Below are positions 1 through 9,128 of a stretch of DNA of 32,000 nt, one piece after another. Source of the DNA: Bacillus subtilis subsp. subtilis str. 168 (GTDB lineage Bacteria; Bacillota; Bacilli; Bacillales; Bacillaceae). The stretch spans positions 2,580,001-2,612,000 of the forward strand of contig NC_000964.3 in NCBI RefSeq assembly GCF_000009045.1, given 5' to 3'. A model generated the notes under the pieces. That model ran no database searches, was not told where the DNA came from, and saw nothing but the letters and a program-made list of their open reading frames with translations. The position numbers were made by a program, and so were the translations under genes. The stretch's first letter is position 1. Each line of letters opens with the position of its first letter.

Positions 1-646
1 GCACAAGTACTTTTCTGATCGTCTGCCATCTTGTGGCACCAAGCGCGTAAGAACCCTCTCGTAAACTCTTCGGAAGAGAAGCCATTGCATCAGCAGAAAT
101 CGATGTGATCGTCGGCAGAATCATGACGGAAAGGACAATCGTTCCCGCCAATAAACTGTGCCCTGTTCCGCTCGATTTGAACTGGGCGATAAACGGCACC
201 AATACTGTAAGACCTATGAATCCATAAACAACAGATGGAATACCGACTAAAAGCTCAATCACCGGCTGCAGCACTTTCTTTCCCCAATTCGGGGCAATCT
301 CTGTCATAAAAATCGCACCTGCAATGCCAAGCGGCGCAGCGATTAGAGCAGAAAGAATCGTTACTGCAAATGAGCCAAAAATAAATGGCAGCACTCCGTA
401 TTTCGGATCACTATCTGTAGGATTCCAATTTAAGCTCGTTAAGAATTCAATTGGGCTTACACCATTTACAAGAAAAGATTGCAGCCCCTTAACGCCGAGG
501 AAAATGGTAATCGCAACAGATGCCGCAATCATAATCAGTGCACAAGCTGTGACTATCATTCTTCCCCGAACTTCATCCAATTGCCGATTTTGCCTAGAGC
601 TGATTAAGCGCTCGCTCACAGACATATTTTCTCTATTGTTTATCAT
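1..646 (-). CDS. pstC: Phosphate ABC transporter permease PstC, N-terminal part (runs off window start)
   Basis: Open minus-strand frame from ATG at 646 to the window edge with no stop, absent from the ORF track. It translates as MINNRENMSVSERLISSRQNRQLDEVRGRMIVTACALIMIAASVAITIFLGVKG... with ...GIPSVVYGFIGLTVLVPFI... and ...SLREGSYALGATRWQTIRKVLV at the edge, typical of a phosphate permease. It lies directly downstream of pstS. Confidence 0.95.
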   Translation of the reverse strand, partial: MINNRENMSVSERLISSRQNRQLDEVRGRMIVTACALIMIAASVAITIFLGVKGLQSFLVNGVSPIEFLTSLNWNPTDSDPKYGVLPFIFGSFAVTILSALIAAPLGIAGAIFMTEIAPNWGKKVLQPVIELLVGIPSVVYGFIGLTVLVPFIAQFKSSGTGHSLLAGTIVLSVMILPTITSISADAMASLPKSLREGSYALGATRWQTIRKVLV

Positions 647-714
647 TGTTTTACACTCCTATGAATGTGTTAAGAGGAGAAACGGTTGTCCCCGCACTCC
701 TCTTTTTATTAAGA

Positions 715-1617
715 TCAGCTTTGCTTCCCGTTGGCATCACGTGTCACTTTCATATCAGTAACCGGAATGTAGCCTTGGTCAGTAACAATGCTTTTTTGAA
801 TGTCTTCACTCTTTAGATAATCAAGAAATTCTTTAGCTAAACCTGTCGCTTCACCTTTTGTATAAGAATGTTGATAAGCCCAGATCGGATACTCGCCAGT
901 TGCTACATTTTTCGCTTCAGGTTTAACACCGTCAATAGATAGAGCAGTTACTTTGTCATCTGTTAAATATGAGAATGCAAGATATCCAATCGCTCCCGGA
1001 GTATCAGCAATGATCTTTTTCACCGTGTTGGAGGAATCTTCAGTAATGCCTTCTGCAGGCTCCGCTCCGTCAAGCGCATATTTCACAAATGTAGCACGTG
1101 TGCCGGAAGAATCAGGGCGGTTTACAAGTGTAATCTTTTGGTCTTTGCCGCCGAGCTCTTTCCAGTTTTTGATTTTGCCAGTGAAGATTTTTTTCAATTC
1201 ATCTTTTGAAATATCCTTTACACCAGCATCAGGGTTTACAGCTGCTGCCATACCAACTACAGCGACTTGATGATCGACAAGCGCTTTTGCATCGATGCCT
1301 TCTTTTTCTTCAGCAAAAACGTCTGAATTCCCGATCTGAACAGCTCCTTCAGAGACTTGAGAAAGCCCTGTTCCAGAACCGCCAGCTTGTACCTGTATAT
1401 CAGCATCAGGGTTTTCTTCCATAAATTTTTCCGCGGCTGCAAGTACTAGTGGCTGCATTGCCGATGAACCAGAAATGGTTAAAGAACCTGATGCCTTTTC
1501 TTCTCCTTTTGCAGAATCGCTATTCGATTTTTTACTTTCTCCTGCATTTCCGCATGCAGCTGCAATCATCATAAAAGCAGCCATCAGAAGCATAAGCACC
1601 AATTTGTTTTTTTTCAT
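715..1617 (-). CDS. pstS: Phosphate-binding lipoprotein PstS
   Basis: 300 aa. Lipoprotein signal peptide (LLMAAFMMIAAACG) and PBP-like motifs SGSSAMQPL, VQAGGSGTGLSQV and NRPDSSGTRATF. Confidence 0.97.
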   Translation of the reverse strand: MKKNKLVLMLLMAAFMMIAAACGNAGESKKSNSDSAKGEEKASGSLTISGSSAMQPLVLAAAEKFMEENPDADIQVQAGGSGTGLSQVSEGAVQIGNSDVFAEEKEGIDAKALVDHQVAVVGMAAAVNPDAGVKDISKDELKKIFTGKIKNWKELGGKDQKITLVNRPDSSGTRATFVKYALDGAEPAEGITEDSSNTVKKIIADTPGAIGYLAFSYLTDDKVTALSIDGVKPEAKNVATGEYPIWAYQHSYTKGEATGLAKEFLDYLKSEDIQKSIVTDQGYIPVTDMKVTRDANGKQS

Positions 1618-1679
1618 TTCCTGAATTCCCCCTGCGTATAATGTGTAATTTGTCCTACACGTATAGAGTAAAGGTTCTA

Positions 1680-1718
1680 TGTAAAAAGGGTTTGAACCGA
1701 ATGTTAAGGTTTTGTAAA
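1680..1718 (-). promoter_or_regulatory. PhoP-type operator (four direct hexamers) of the pst promoter
   Basis: The minus strand reads TTTACA-AAACC-TTAACA-TTCGG-TTCAAA-CCCTT-TTTACA. Left edges are at 1713, 1702, 1691 and 1680, an exact 11-bp period matching the TT(A/T/C)ACA Pho box repeat, just upstream of pstS. Confidence 0.85.
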
Positions 1719-1737
1719 TCAGTGCGTTTTTTGTATA

Positions 1738-1771
1738 AAAAAAACGCCCACATCATGTGAGCGTTTTTTTT
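1738..1771 (-). terminator. Intrinsic terminator after pbpA
   Basis: AACGCtCACATgATGTGgGCGTT hairpin flanked by A/T runs between the pbpA stop and the pst promoter. Confidence 0.8.
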
Positions 1772-3921
1772 TAGTTATCAGAAGACGTTGTGTTTTCTGC
1801 ATTTTCTTCAATTTTGTCTTTATTCTTTTGCTGAGTACCTTCTTTGTCCTGCTTCGATTTCAGCTCAAAATATTTATCCATTACTTCCCTGCCGATTTCG
1901 TTTGTAATTGAGTATCTTTGATTGTAATCAATGTAAGTCCAAGGAACTACGACAGAAATAGCAATCTCAGGATTGTCAGCTGGTGCATAAGCCACAAGCG
2001 TCGTATTATAAGTGTCTGTTCCTGTTTTTGATTTATCCGGTCCGTCGTAAAATGATTGGGCTGTTCCTGTTTTTGCAGCTGGTTTATACGATGCTGAAGC
2101 CAGTTGACCTGCAGCTGTCCCTTTAGTGGCAACCCGTCTAAAACCGGCTTGGACCTCTTCAATATAGCTACTCTTCATATCGACTTTATTCAATACTTCA
2201 GGCTGAACAGAATCAACGACTGCGCCGATCCCTTTTTTCGCATTTGAATCTCTGACTTCCTTTACAAGCTGAGGCTTCATGCGGTAGCCACCATTTGCTA
2301 TGGTGGAGACATATTGAGCCAATTCCAGCGGTGTATAAGTATCATACTGTCCAATGGCGAAATCAAGCAAGAAACCAGATAATCTGCTTGTACCTTTATA
2401 TCCCGTCATTTCATTTGGTAGATCAATTCCTGTTTTTACTCCTAATCCAAATTGACTGAAATAATTTCTGAAGGTATCAAATGCAGAAGTATCCAAAGGC
2501 AATGCTTGGTGAGGTTTATATTCACCTTTACCAACTGCAATTGCTGTTTTAAACATAAAAACGTTTGATGACTTCTCTAATGCAGTTTGAATACCAACCG
2601 GCCCTAAGTTTTGCCAAGATTTTTTCCCTCTTTTATCCTGGCCGATATACAATGGTTCATCCTTAAATACAGTATTCAAATTAATCGCTCCAGTTTGAAG
2701 ACCGGTCAAAACGGTTGCACCTTTTACAGCTGATCCCATAGCGTAGGATGAAGTCATGGCTCCTAATGCATAATCATCAAACTTATAGGCTCCATTTTCT
2801 CGTTTAATCTGCTTCCCTGCCATTGTCAGCACTTCGCCGTTTCTAGGGTCCATCATGACAACGAATGCACGATCCAACAATTCGGTACTAGGTCTTGCTT
2901 TAGCAGCTTTAAGTTTTTTCTCAATAATTTTTTCCACTGATTTTTGCAAATCAATATCAATTGTTAGTACAAGATCTTTCCCGGCTTTGCCTTCAGATAC
3001 CGTTTTTGTTCCCGTGACATTGCCTTTTGAATCTGTGATATTTTCGACTTTTGCTTTTTGGCCCTGCAGAAGGCTTTCATATTGGTATTCCAGATAGCTT
3101 TTTCCGACCCTGTCATTTCGGCTGTAGCCAAGCGACAGATAATGGTCGAGCAAGTTGGACGGCAATCCTTCATTAGAGCTGGAAACACTTCCGAGCACTG
3201 AGCGAAGAAGGTTTTTATAAGGATATTCACGTTCCCAATCGGACGTGACATCAACACCTGGCAGTTCGTCTAAATGTTCACTTACCACTGCCATTTCCTT
3301 CGCTGATACATCTTCGTTTTTGATATATTGAGGGGTCAATGCATAGCCCGAATCCATCTGTCTTTTGATAGCAAGGATCTGCATATCTTTATCCGTCAAT
3401 TCATTCAGCTGCTTATCAGTAATCCGTTTTAGCTGAAGCTGGTATAAATCGTCATCGGATATTTTTTTGTCTTCAACCTGCTGTCTTTCTTTAGAGCTAA
3501 TGAGCTTTTTCGCTTCTTTCGGTCTAGTCAAAATCCAATAATCTTTTTTATCCCGTTCTGTTACTTTTTTTGTATCGACTTTGATCATGTCAGACAGCTT
3601 TTTTGCGATCTTTAAGCGCTGTTCTTGCGTGGTCGATTTAGATCTCGTGTATGTGATTGCATTTAAAGCCTTATTTGTCACAATGGCATTAAAGTTTCGA
3701 TCATAAATTTTCCCGCGTGGTACCGCTGAGCTGACTTCACTTTGTTCCTGCTTATTCGCTTGGTTTTTGTAATCATCACCTTGCACGATCTGCTTGATGC
3801 CCAGTTCCACAATAATCCAGGTAAATATAACAAAGGCAGCTAAAAATAAAATATTCAGCCGGATCGGAAGCGACTTCTTTTTCTCTTTATGATTTTGCTT
3901 TTTTGGTTTATTTCTCCTCAT
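1771..3921 (-). CDS. pbpA: Penicillin-binding protein 2A (class B transpeptidase)
   Basis: 716 aa from ATG at 3921 (MRRNKPKKQNHKEKKK), preceded by AAAGGTG. Single TM, PBP dimerisation domain, and transpeptidase motifs including KTGTAQ. The track start at 3957 adds 12 residues with less support. Confidence 0.95.
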   Translation of the reverse strand: MRRNKPKKQNHKEKKKSLPIRLNILFLAAFVIFTWIIVELGIKQIVQGDDYKNQANKQEQSEVSSAVPRGKIYDRNFNAIVTNKALNAITYTRSKSTTQEQRLKIAKKLSDMIKVDTKKVTERDKKDYWILTRPKEAKKLISSKERQQVEDKKISDDDLYQLQLKRITDKQLNELTDKDMQILAIKRQMDSGYALTPQYIKNEDVSAKEMAVVSEHLDELPGVDVTSDWEREYPYKNLLRSVLGSVSSSNEGLPSNLLDHYLSLGYSRNDRVGKSYLEYQYESLLQGQKAKVENITDSKGNVTGTKTVSEGKAGKDLVLTIDIDLQKSVEKIIEKKLKAAKARPSTELLDRAFVVMMDPRNGEVLTMAGKQIKRENGAYKFDDYALGAMTSSYAMGSAVKGATVLTGLQTGAINLNTVFKDEPLYIGQDKRGKKSWQNLGPVGIQTALEKSSNVFMFKTAIAVGKGEYKPHQALPLDTSAFDTFRNYFSQFGLGVKTGIDLPNEMTGYKGTSRLSGFLLDFAIGQYDTYTPLELAQYVSTIANGGYRMKPQLVKEVRDSNAKKGIGAVVDSVQPEVLNKVDMKSSYIEEVQAGFRRVATKGTAAGQLASASYKPAAKTGTAQSFYDGPDKSKTGTDTYNTTLVAYAPADNPEIAISVVVPWTYIDYNQRYSITNEIGREVMDKYFELKSKQDKEGTQQKNKDKIEENAENTTSSDN

Positions 3922-4034
3922 AACATCACCTTTTCTATTTACAGAAAGAAAAGACACTCAAGTAAGAGTGCCAGTTTTCATTTTAAAGGTTTTTTCGACT
4001 TTTTTCTACAGATAACCCCTTTTTGGCAAAAAAA

Positions 4035-5327
4035 TTATCTCTCGCCTTTTAAAAGGGTCGGTTCTGTTACCCGTTTTTGGCCGTCTTCTTCCATGGTTTC
4101 ATTTTCCCCTTCTTTCTCCTTAAAACGAATATCCTTGACAAAGTAATAAATCAAAGGATGTCCTATACCCAATATCGCAAGTGACAAAGGAATTCCCACA
4201 TCCTCTTTCAGAAGGGCCACAATCAGGAGAAAGCACAAAATGGAAACAATTCTGCCGGCGTTCAAGAACATTTCTCTAAGCACGATATATTCAATTCTTG
4301 CTTTTCTGGCATGCCTCGCGCGCCCTATCACATCATATGTAAGTGATACATATGGCACAAGCAACAGAGGATAGCCGATGGCAATAAAAACGCCGTACGT
4401 TAATAATGTCGAAAAGCTCATATGGAACAGAATCAAAAACAGCGCGCCATACAAAATAAGTCCGCCCAGCAAAATCGATTTTTTTCTCGCCTTTTTCTTA
4501 ATCAGCCTGGATGCAAAGTAGTAGGCAAAGAAGGAAACAGCTGAATTGACAAGACCGAATGTACCGAGAGCAAGCTCGCTGTTTGTCTCAATAAATACAA
4601 ACACACTGATTAAAAAGACAAAAATCCCTTCTCTCAAACCCTGAAAAAAATGCGCATTCGTGATTCTCCGCCAATTCATATTGCTATGGCGCTCTCCAAA
4701 TACTTTGCTCAGCATAAAACGGCCCTTTGATTCTCTCCGTTTTAAGAAAAAGCTCATCACGACAGCCAGGGCAAATAAACTGAGGGAGAGACTGAAAATC
4801 ACTGTATAACCCGTATTATTTTCAAGCCTTGAGATCACGAATCCGGCTACAATCGGGCCGATCATTCCTGCAGAGGAAGACAGAATGCCCATAAACCCGT
4901 TGAAAAAGTCTCGTGTATCCGGCTCTGTTATTTCAAAGGTCAGCACGTTAAACGCTAGCCAATAAAAGCCATAGCCAACTCCGAGCACCGCGCCGATTAG
5001 CACGAGGCGGCTGGCCGCCGTTTCTCCGGCTAAAAGCACACTTAAATAAAAGGCAGCTAAAAAAATGACGCCGAACCTTAAAATGAATACCCTGTCTATT
5101 TTTTTGGCTAACCGTCCAGCCAAATAAAAGGTTATCGGCTGCATTGTCACAATGGATAAATTATATATCGCCAAATCAATAAATTTCCCTGACTGCTTCC
5201 AAAGATACACATTAACAAATGTATTGGACAGTGCAATTCCCAGCGAGTAAAGCCCGCCAATGGTCAGCAGAAAGAGTAAGCCTTTGTTTACGTCTACATC
5301 GCCTATCACTTTTTTTAGTTTGCTCAT
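4035..5327 (-). CDS. yqgE: MFS-type membrane transporter YqgE
   Basis: 430 aa, multiple TM segments with MFS-like organisation, located between pbpA and sodA as in B. subtilis. Confidence 0.85.
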   Translation of the reverse strand: MSKLKKVIGDVDVNKGLLFLLTIGGLYSLGIALSNTFVNVYLWKQSGKFIDLAIYNLSIVTMQPITFYLAGRLAKKIDRVFILRFGVIFLAAFYLSVLLAGETAASRLVLIGAVLGVGYGFYWLAFNVLTFEITEPDTRDFFNGFMGILSSSAGMIGPIVAGFVISRLENNTGYTVIFSLSLSLFALAVVMSFFLKRRESKGRFMLSKVFGERHSNMNWRRITNAHFFQGLREGIFVFLISVFVFIETNSELALGTFGLVNSAVSFFAYYFASRLIKKKARKKSILLGGLILYGALFLILFHMSFSTLLTYGVFIAIGYPLLLVPYVSLTYDVIGRARHARKARIEYIVLREMFLNAGRIVSILCFLLIVALLKEDVGIPLSLAILGIGHPLIYYFVKDIRFKEKEGENETMEEDGQKRVTEPTLLKGER

Positions 5328-5398
5328 TACTGACTCCCCTTTACTATCCCTTAGTCTGTCTCACTCAAACCGAGATATGTAAAAAGAAGACATAAAAA

Positions 5399-5427
5399 AA
5401 CAAGGTCCCATAATGAGGACCTTGTTT
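5399..5427 (-). terminator. Intrinsic terminator of sodA
   Basis: Minus strand: ACAAGGTCCtcattatGGGACCTTGT followed by TTTTTTT. Confidence 0.9.
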
Positions 5428-5433
5428 GTGCCA

Positions 5434-6042
5434 TTATTTTGCTTCGCTGTATAGACGAGCCACTTCGTCCCAGTTTACAACATTCCAGAAAGCTGAAATG
5501 TAATCAGGACGGCGGTTTTGATAGTTAAGGTAGTAAGCATGCTCCCAAACGTCAAGACCTAAGATAGGCGTTTTGCCTTCTGAAAGCGGAGAATCTTGGT
5601 TTGGCGTGCTTGTGATTTCAAGTTTACCGTTGTTCACAACAAGCCATGCCCAGCCAGAACCGAAGCGTCCAGCTGCTGCTGCTGCGAATTGCTCTTTGAA
5701 TTTGTCAAAGCTTCCAAATACACTGTTAATCTCTTCAGCAAGCGCGCCAGTCGGTTCGCCTCCGCCGTTTGGAGATAAAAGTGTCCAGAATAATTTGTGG
5801 TTCGCGTGTCCGCCGCCGTTGTTGCGGACTGCAGTGCGGATGTTTTCAGGAACAGAATCAAGATCTGCAACAAGCTCTTCAACTGATTTGTTGGCAAGAG
5901 CAGTGTTTCCTTCAACCGCTTTGTTTAAATTTGTCACGTATGTGTTGTGGTGTTTCGTATGGTGAATAGTCATAGTTTCCTTGTCGATATGCGGTTCTAA
6001 AGCATCGTACGCATAAGGTAATTCTGGAAGTTCGTAAGCCAT
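5434..6042 (-). CDS. sodA: Superoxide dismutase (Mn)
   Basis: 202 aa, [36 protein letters not shown] and the signature [18 protein letters not shown]. Confidence 0.98.
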
Positions 6043-6104
6043 GATAATTCCTCCTTAGTATATATGTACTGAAATGCCGCTTCACAGCGAGCCTTTCTTC
6101 ATTC

Positions 6105-6133
6105 AATGTAACAAAAGAATGCTTTGTAATCAA
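6105..6133 (-). promoter_or_regulatory. Sigma-A-type promoter upstream of sodA
   Basis: Minus strand TTGATT - 17 bp - TACATT, upstream of the sodA start. Confidence 0.65.
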
Positions 6134-6220
6134 TGAAAAAGCTCACGATTTGGCTCATTTCAGCGGACATATTTCACTTTAACCGATAATCTGCCCCATT
6201 AAACCTGCCGCCAGCATTTC

Positions 6221-6703
6221 TTATAGGACCGTCCATAAAAAGTAACCGATCATCAAAAGCTGTATGATGCCCTTTGCAATAACCCCTGTTAAAAAACCAA
6301 TGAGTGAGCCGAGGCCAATTTTAAACGCTGACTTTAAGTCCTTCTGATGGACGATAAGTTCTGCGCAAACAGCCCCGATAAACGGCCCCAATATGATCCC
6401 TGCAACCGGAATGACAAAAGGCCCGATTAATAAACCGATCGTGCTTCCCCATATGGCAGCTTTGCTTCCTCCGAACCTTTTTACTCCAAGCAGATTCGAC
6501 ACGTAATCTGCTGCGAATAATACTGCGGCAAAAACTGCCTCAACAAGCCAGAACATATAAGAATACGGACTGAATGAAAATAAAAATCCGTACAATACAA
6601 ATCCGGCAACAATAAATACTACGCTAGGAATAACAGGATACACCAGCCCGATAAAGGCAATGATAAAAACCGCTGCAATCAACAGCCAATACAACATATC
6701 CAT
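6221..6703 (-). CDS. yqgC: DUF456-type membrane protein YqgC
   Basis: 160 aa from the internal ATG at 6703 ([13 protein letters not shown]), preceded by GGGAGG at good spacing. Hydrophobic Gly-rich membrane protein. Confidence 0.85.
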
Positions 6704-6803
6704 AGCTTCCATCCTCCCATTTTACTCTGTCTTCTTCATGTCTTCCTTGTATTCACACGCATGCAACGATACAATAAGCAACATATATTAGTTTAGCTAG
6801 GAA

Positions 6804-7580
6804 GTGAAGATAGTGAATGTGTTTCAGCTTTTCATTAAAAGTACATACTCTCCCCGTGATATTGCAAAAACAAGATTTCAAGGAATCGGAAAAGCGATTC
6901 TTTATGTATTTTTGCTCTCTGTCCTGTTTGCAATCCCTACCGCTTATTATGTAAGTACAGGGACCGTAAAATCAATGAACGGCTTTAAAACTGTTTTAAA
7001 CAAAGATTTCCCTGATTTCACAATTTCAAACGGCAAACTTCAAACGGATGAGAAAAAAGCCACGGAATCTCAGGCAAATGGTTTCGTTATCGTGTTCGAT
7101 CCGACAGACTCCTATGGCACTGAACAAATTGAAGCAAAGCAAAACGCAATCGGCATCCTTCAGAACAAATTTGTTTTGGCCATTGACGGACAAGCCCAAG
7201 AAATGTCTTACTCAATGATGCCGTCAGAGTTACAGAAAAAAGATGTCATTGCAGGTTTAAACCAAAATAAAGCGATGATTGTAACTGTTCTCTCAGCTCT
7301 TATTTTTCTCGTAACAGCAGCGGGAAAATTTATTGAAGTATCGTTTTTAGCGCTTATCGGGTTAATCATTAAGAATTCGCAGAAAAAACATTTATCCTAT
7401 CATCAGCTCTGGAAGCTTTCTGCTTATTCCATCACACTTTCAACTGTATTCTTTACAATCATGCGGGCACTAGAAGCAACCGTACCAAGTGAATTTTTGC
7501 TGAACTGGTTTGTCAATTTTGTCATCCTGTTTCTCGTTTTAAAAGAGATTCCGTCCAAAAAAGTAATTAATAAAAGTTAA
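6804..7580 (+). CDS. yqgB: DUF1189-type membrane protein YqgB
   Basis: 258 aa with several TM segments. Syntenic, divergent from yqgC. The exact start is uncertain (GTG). Confidence 0.82.
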
Positions 7581-7664
7581 ATTATATTTATTTTTATCCT
7601 TTAAGTAGAGAGTGTGAAAGCATTTGCATTAACTTTTTACTTAAGGGATATTTAATAAAATGTA

Positions 7665-7701
7665 TAGAGCTTAAACAGATACATTTATAAAAAAAGCTCT
7701 A
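7665..7701. repeat. 8-bp perfect inverted repeat TAGAGCTT / AAGCTCTA in the AT-rich yqgB-yqgA gap
   Basis: TAGAGCTT-(21 nt)-AAGCTCTA read directly, with an additional AAGCTCT copy near 7718. Confidence 0.6.
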
Positions 7702-7900
7702 CAATTACTCAAGAACAAGCTCTGGACAATAATATCAGAAGTAGTAAGATGTAACATGAAAGAAGTTCTTAACAGCATTTGACATATGTTTTTAACAAAA
7801 TAAGAATAATGTTAAATTTTAACTAATAGACTAGTTAAAATCATATGGCAAAATATTTTGCATCCTTTCACAACATATTTACATAAGATAGTTGCTATTT

Positions 7901-7933
7901 AAAAAGCCAGGTACCAATAGGGCACCTAGCTTT
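7901..7933 (-). terminator. Intrinsic terminator of yqgA
   Basis: Minus strand AAAGCTAGGTGCCctattgGTACCTGGCTTTTT. Long, slightly imperfect stem with a T tract. Confidence 0.8.
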
Positions 7934-7995
7934 CAGAATTAAATCATCAACAAGTTAGAATTATCTTCTTTCCTTCTATTCTCATTATTGAACTG

Positions 7996-8424
7996 TTATC
8001 TTTTTTGTGGGTTTATGTATACAAATGCAGCTCCCTTAGCTTTCCCCTTATATACTGATAAACCTACTGCCCAAGGTGTTCCTGTCGGTTTTGGTAATTT
8101 ACTGAAGTAAAACTTTTTGGTTGGAGTTCTACTTGAAAAGTACCCTGAATATTGCGGGCCAATGTCCCCACCCTCAACTATAGATACACCAAAGCTCTTA
8201 TAATTTAGTTTACCGCATTTTCCATTTGTTTCGGCGTAAGCATCAATAGATGTTGCACTCTTAGTATATGTATAAGCATCTGTAATAACTCTTATTTTAC
8301 AACCAGAAATACCACTTACCGGTTGCCAACCACTGCTTGCAGCCTCTGCTTTTTCTTTAGGTGCAACTACCAAAGTTAACATTAGTAGCAAAATTAAAAA
8401 CACAGAAAATTTTCCTTGCTTCAT
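7996..8424 (-). CDS. yqgA: Small secreted/cell-wall-associated protein YqgA
   Basis: 142 aa with signal peptide MKQGKFSVFLILLLMLTLVVAPKEKAEAASS and two Cys in the mature part. Position between yqgB and yqfZ matches yqgA. Confidence 0.75.
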   Translation of the reverse strand: MKQGKFSVFLILLLMLTLVVAPKEKAEAASSGWQPVSGISGCKIRVITDAYTYTKSATSIDAYAETNGKCGKLNYKSFGVSIVEGGDIGPQYSGYFSSRTPTKKFYFSKLPKPTGTPWAVGLSVYKGKAKGAAFVYINPQKR

Positions 8425-8638
8425 TTTGTAGATCCTCCTTTAAACTATTACATAATTATCCTAACAGATCCATTGTTCATTGTAAATAATGGAATACGAG
8501 TTTTATATTATAAAAGCCTCTTTTTGATCTAATTTTGCACTATTTTCTATTTTCTATCTGAAGTTAATGTTTAGTCGAAGAAATCCTGTCAAAAAAGCGC
8601 CTGTATAAAAACCGAGCATTCGCAGTCTCTTTTCTTTT

Positions 8639-8668
8639 GTCATGAATCGAAATGGACAAGCATACTAT
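8639..8668 (+). promoter_or_regulatory. Candidate sigma-E-like promoter upstream of yqfZ
   Basis: GTCATGA - 15 bp - CATACTAT resembles the mother-cell sigma-E consensus. Pattern reading only. Confidence 0.4.
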
Positions 8669-8700
8669 GGTATAAAATTTCGTATGCGGGAGGAAAAGCG

Positions 8701-9000
8701 ATGAAGCGTCTCACCTTAGTATGCAGCATTGTTTTTATACTTTTTATTCTTTTTTATGACCTTAAAATTGGAACCATACCCATTCAGGACCTCCCTGTCT
8801 ATGAAGCATCAGCAAAAACGGCTGTACAAGAACCGGCTTATAAAACGGTGAAGGTAAAGCCGGGTGATACGGTTATGTCGATAGTCGGATCAGCAGGTTC
8901 TCCGGATGACATTGTAAAGGATTTTGAAGCACTGAATCCAAATGTGAAAGCTAACGCCATTCAAGCCGGAACAGCGTATAAATTCCCGGTCTACCCTTAA
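8701..9000 (+). CDS. yqfZ: LysM-domain protein YqfZ
   Basis: 99 aa, N-terminal TM/signal segment then LysM-like YKTVKVKPGDTVMSIVGSAGSPDDIVKDFEALNPNV...IQAGTAYKFPVYP. Confidence 0.88.
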   Translation: MKRLTLVCSIVFILFILFYDLKIGTIPIQDLPVYEASAKTAVQEPAYKTVKVKPGDTVMSIVGSAGSPDDIVKDFEALNPNVKANAIQAGTAYKFPVYP

Positions 9001-9015
9001 TTTAACGTTAATTTC

Positions 9016-9045
9016 TTGTCAGTTCGGCGAAGACACTGTTACAAT
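9016..9045 (+). promoter_or_regulatory. Sigma-A-type promoter for ispG
   Basis: TTGTCA - 18 bp - TACAAT about 80 nt upstream of the coding start. Confidence 0.6.
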
Positions 9046-9128
9046 GTAATTTGTAAAATAAATTCACATAAACCATACTAGAATTGTTATATCTAGAAGC
9101 GGCAACTACAATTAAGGAGCGATTGCAA

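Noticed and set aside
324-761. 145-aa plus ORF at the window start
   Set aside because: It overlaps the correct pstC and pstS frames on the opposite strand. The pstC translation is unambiguous.
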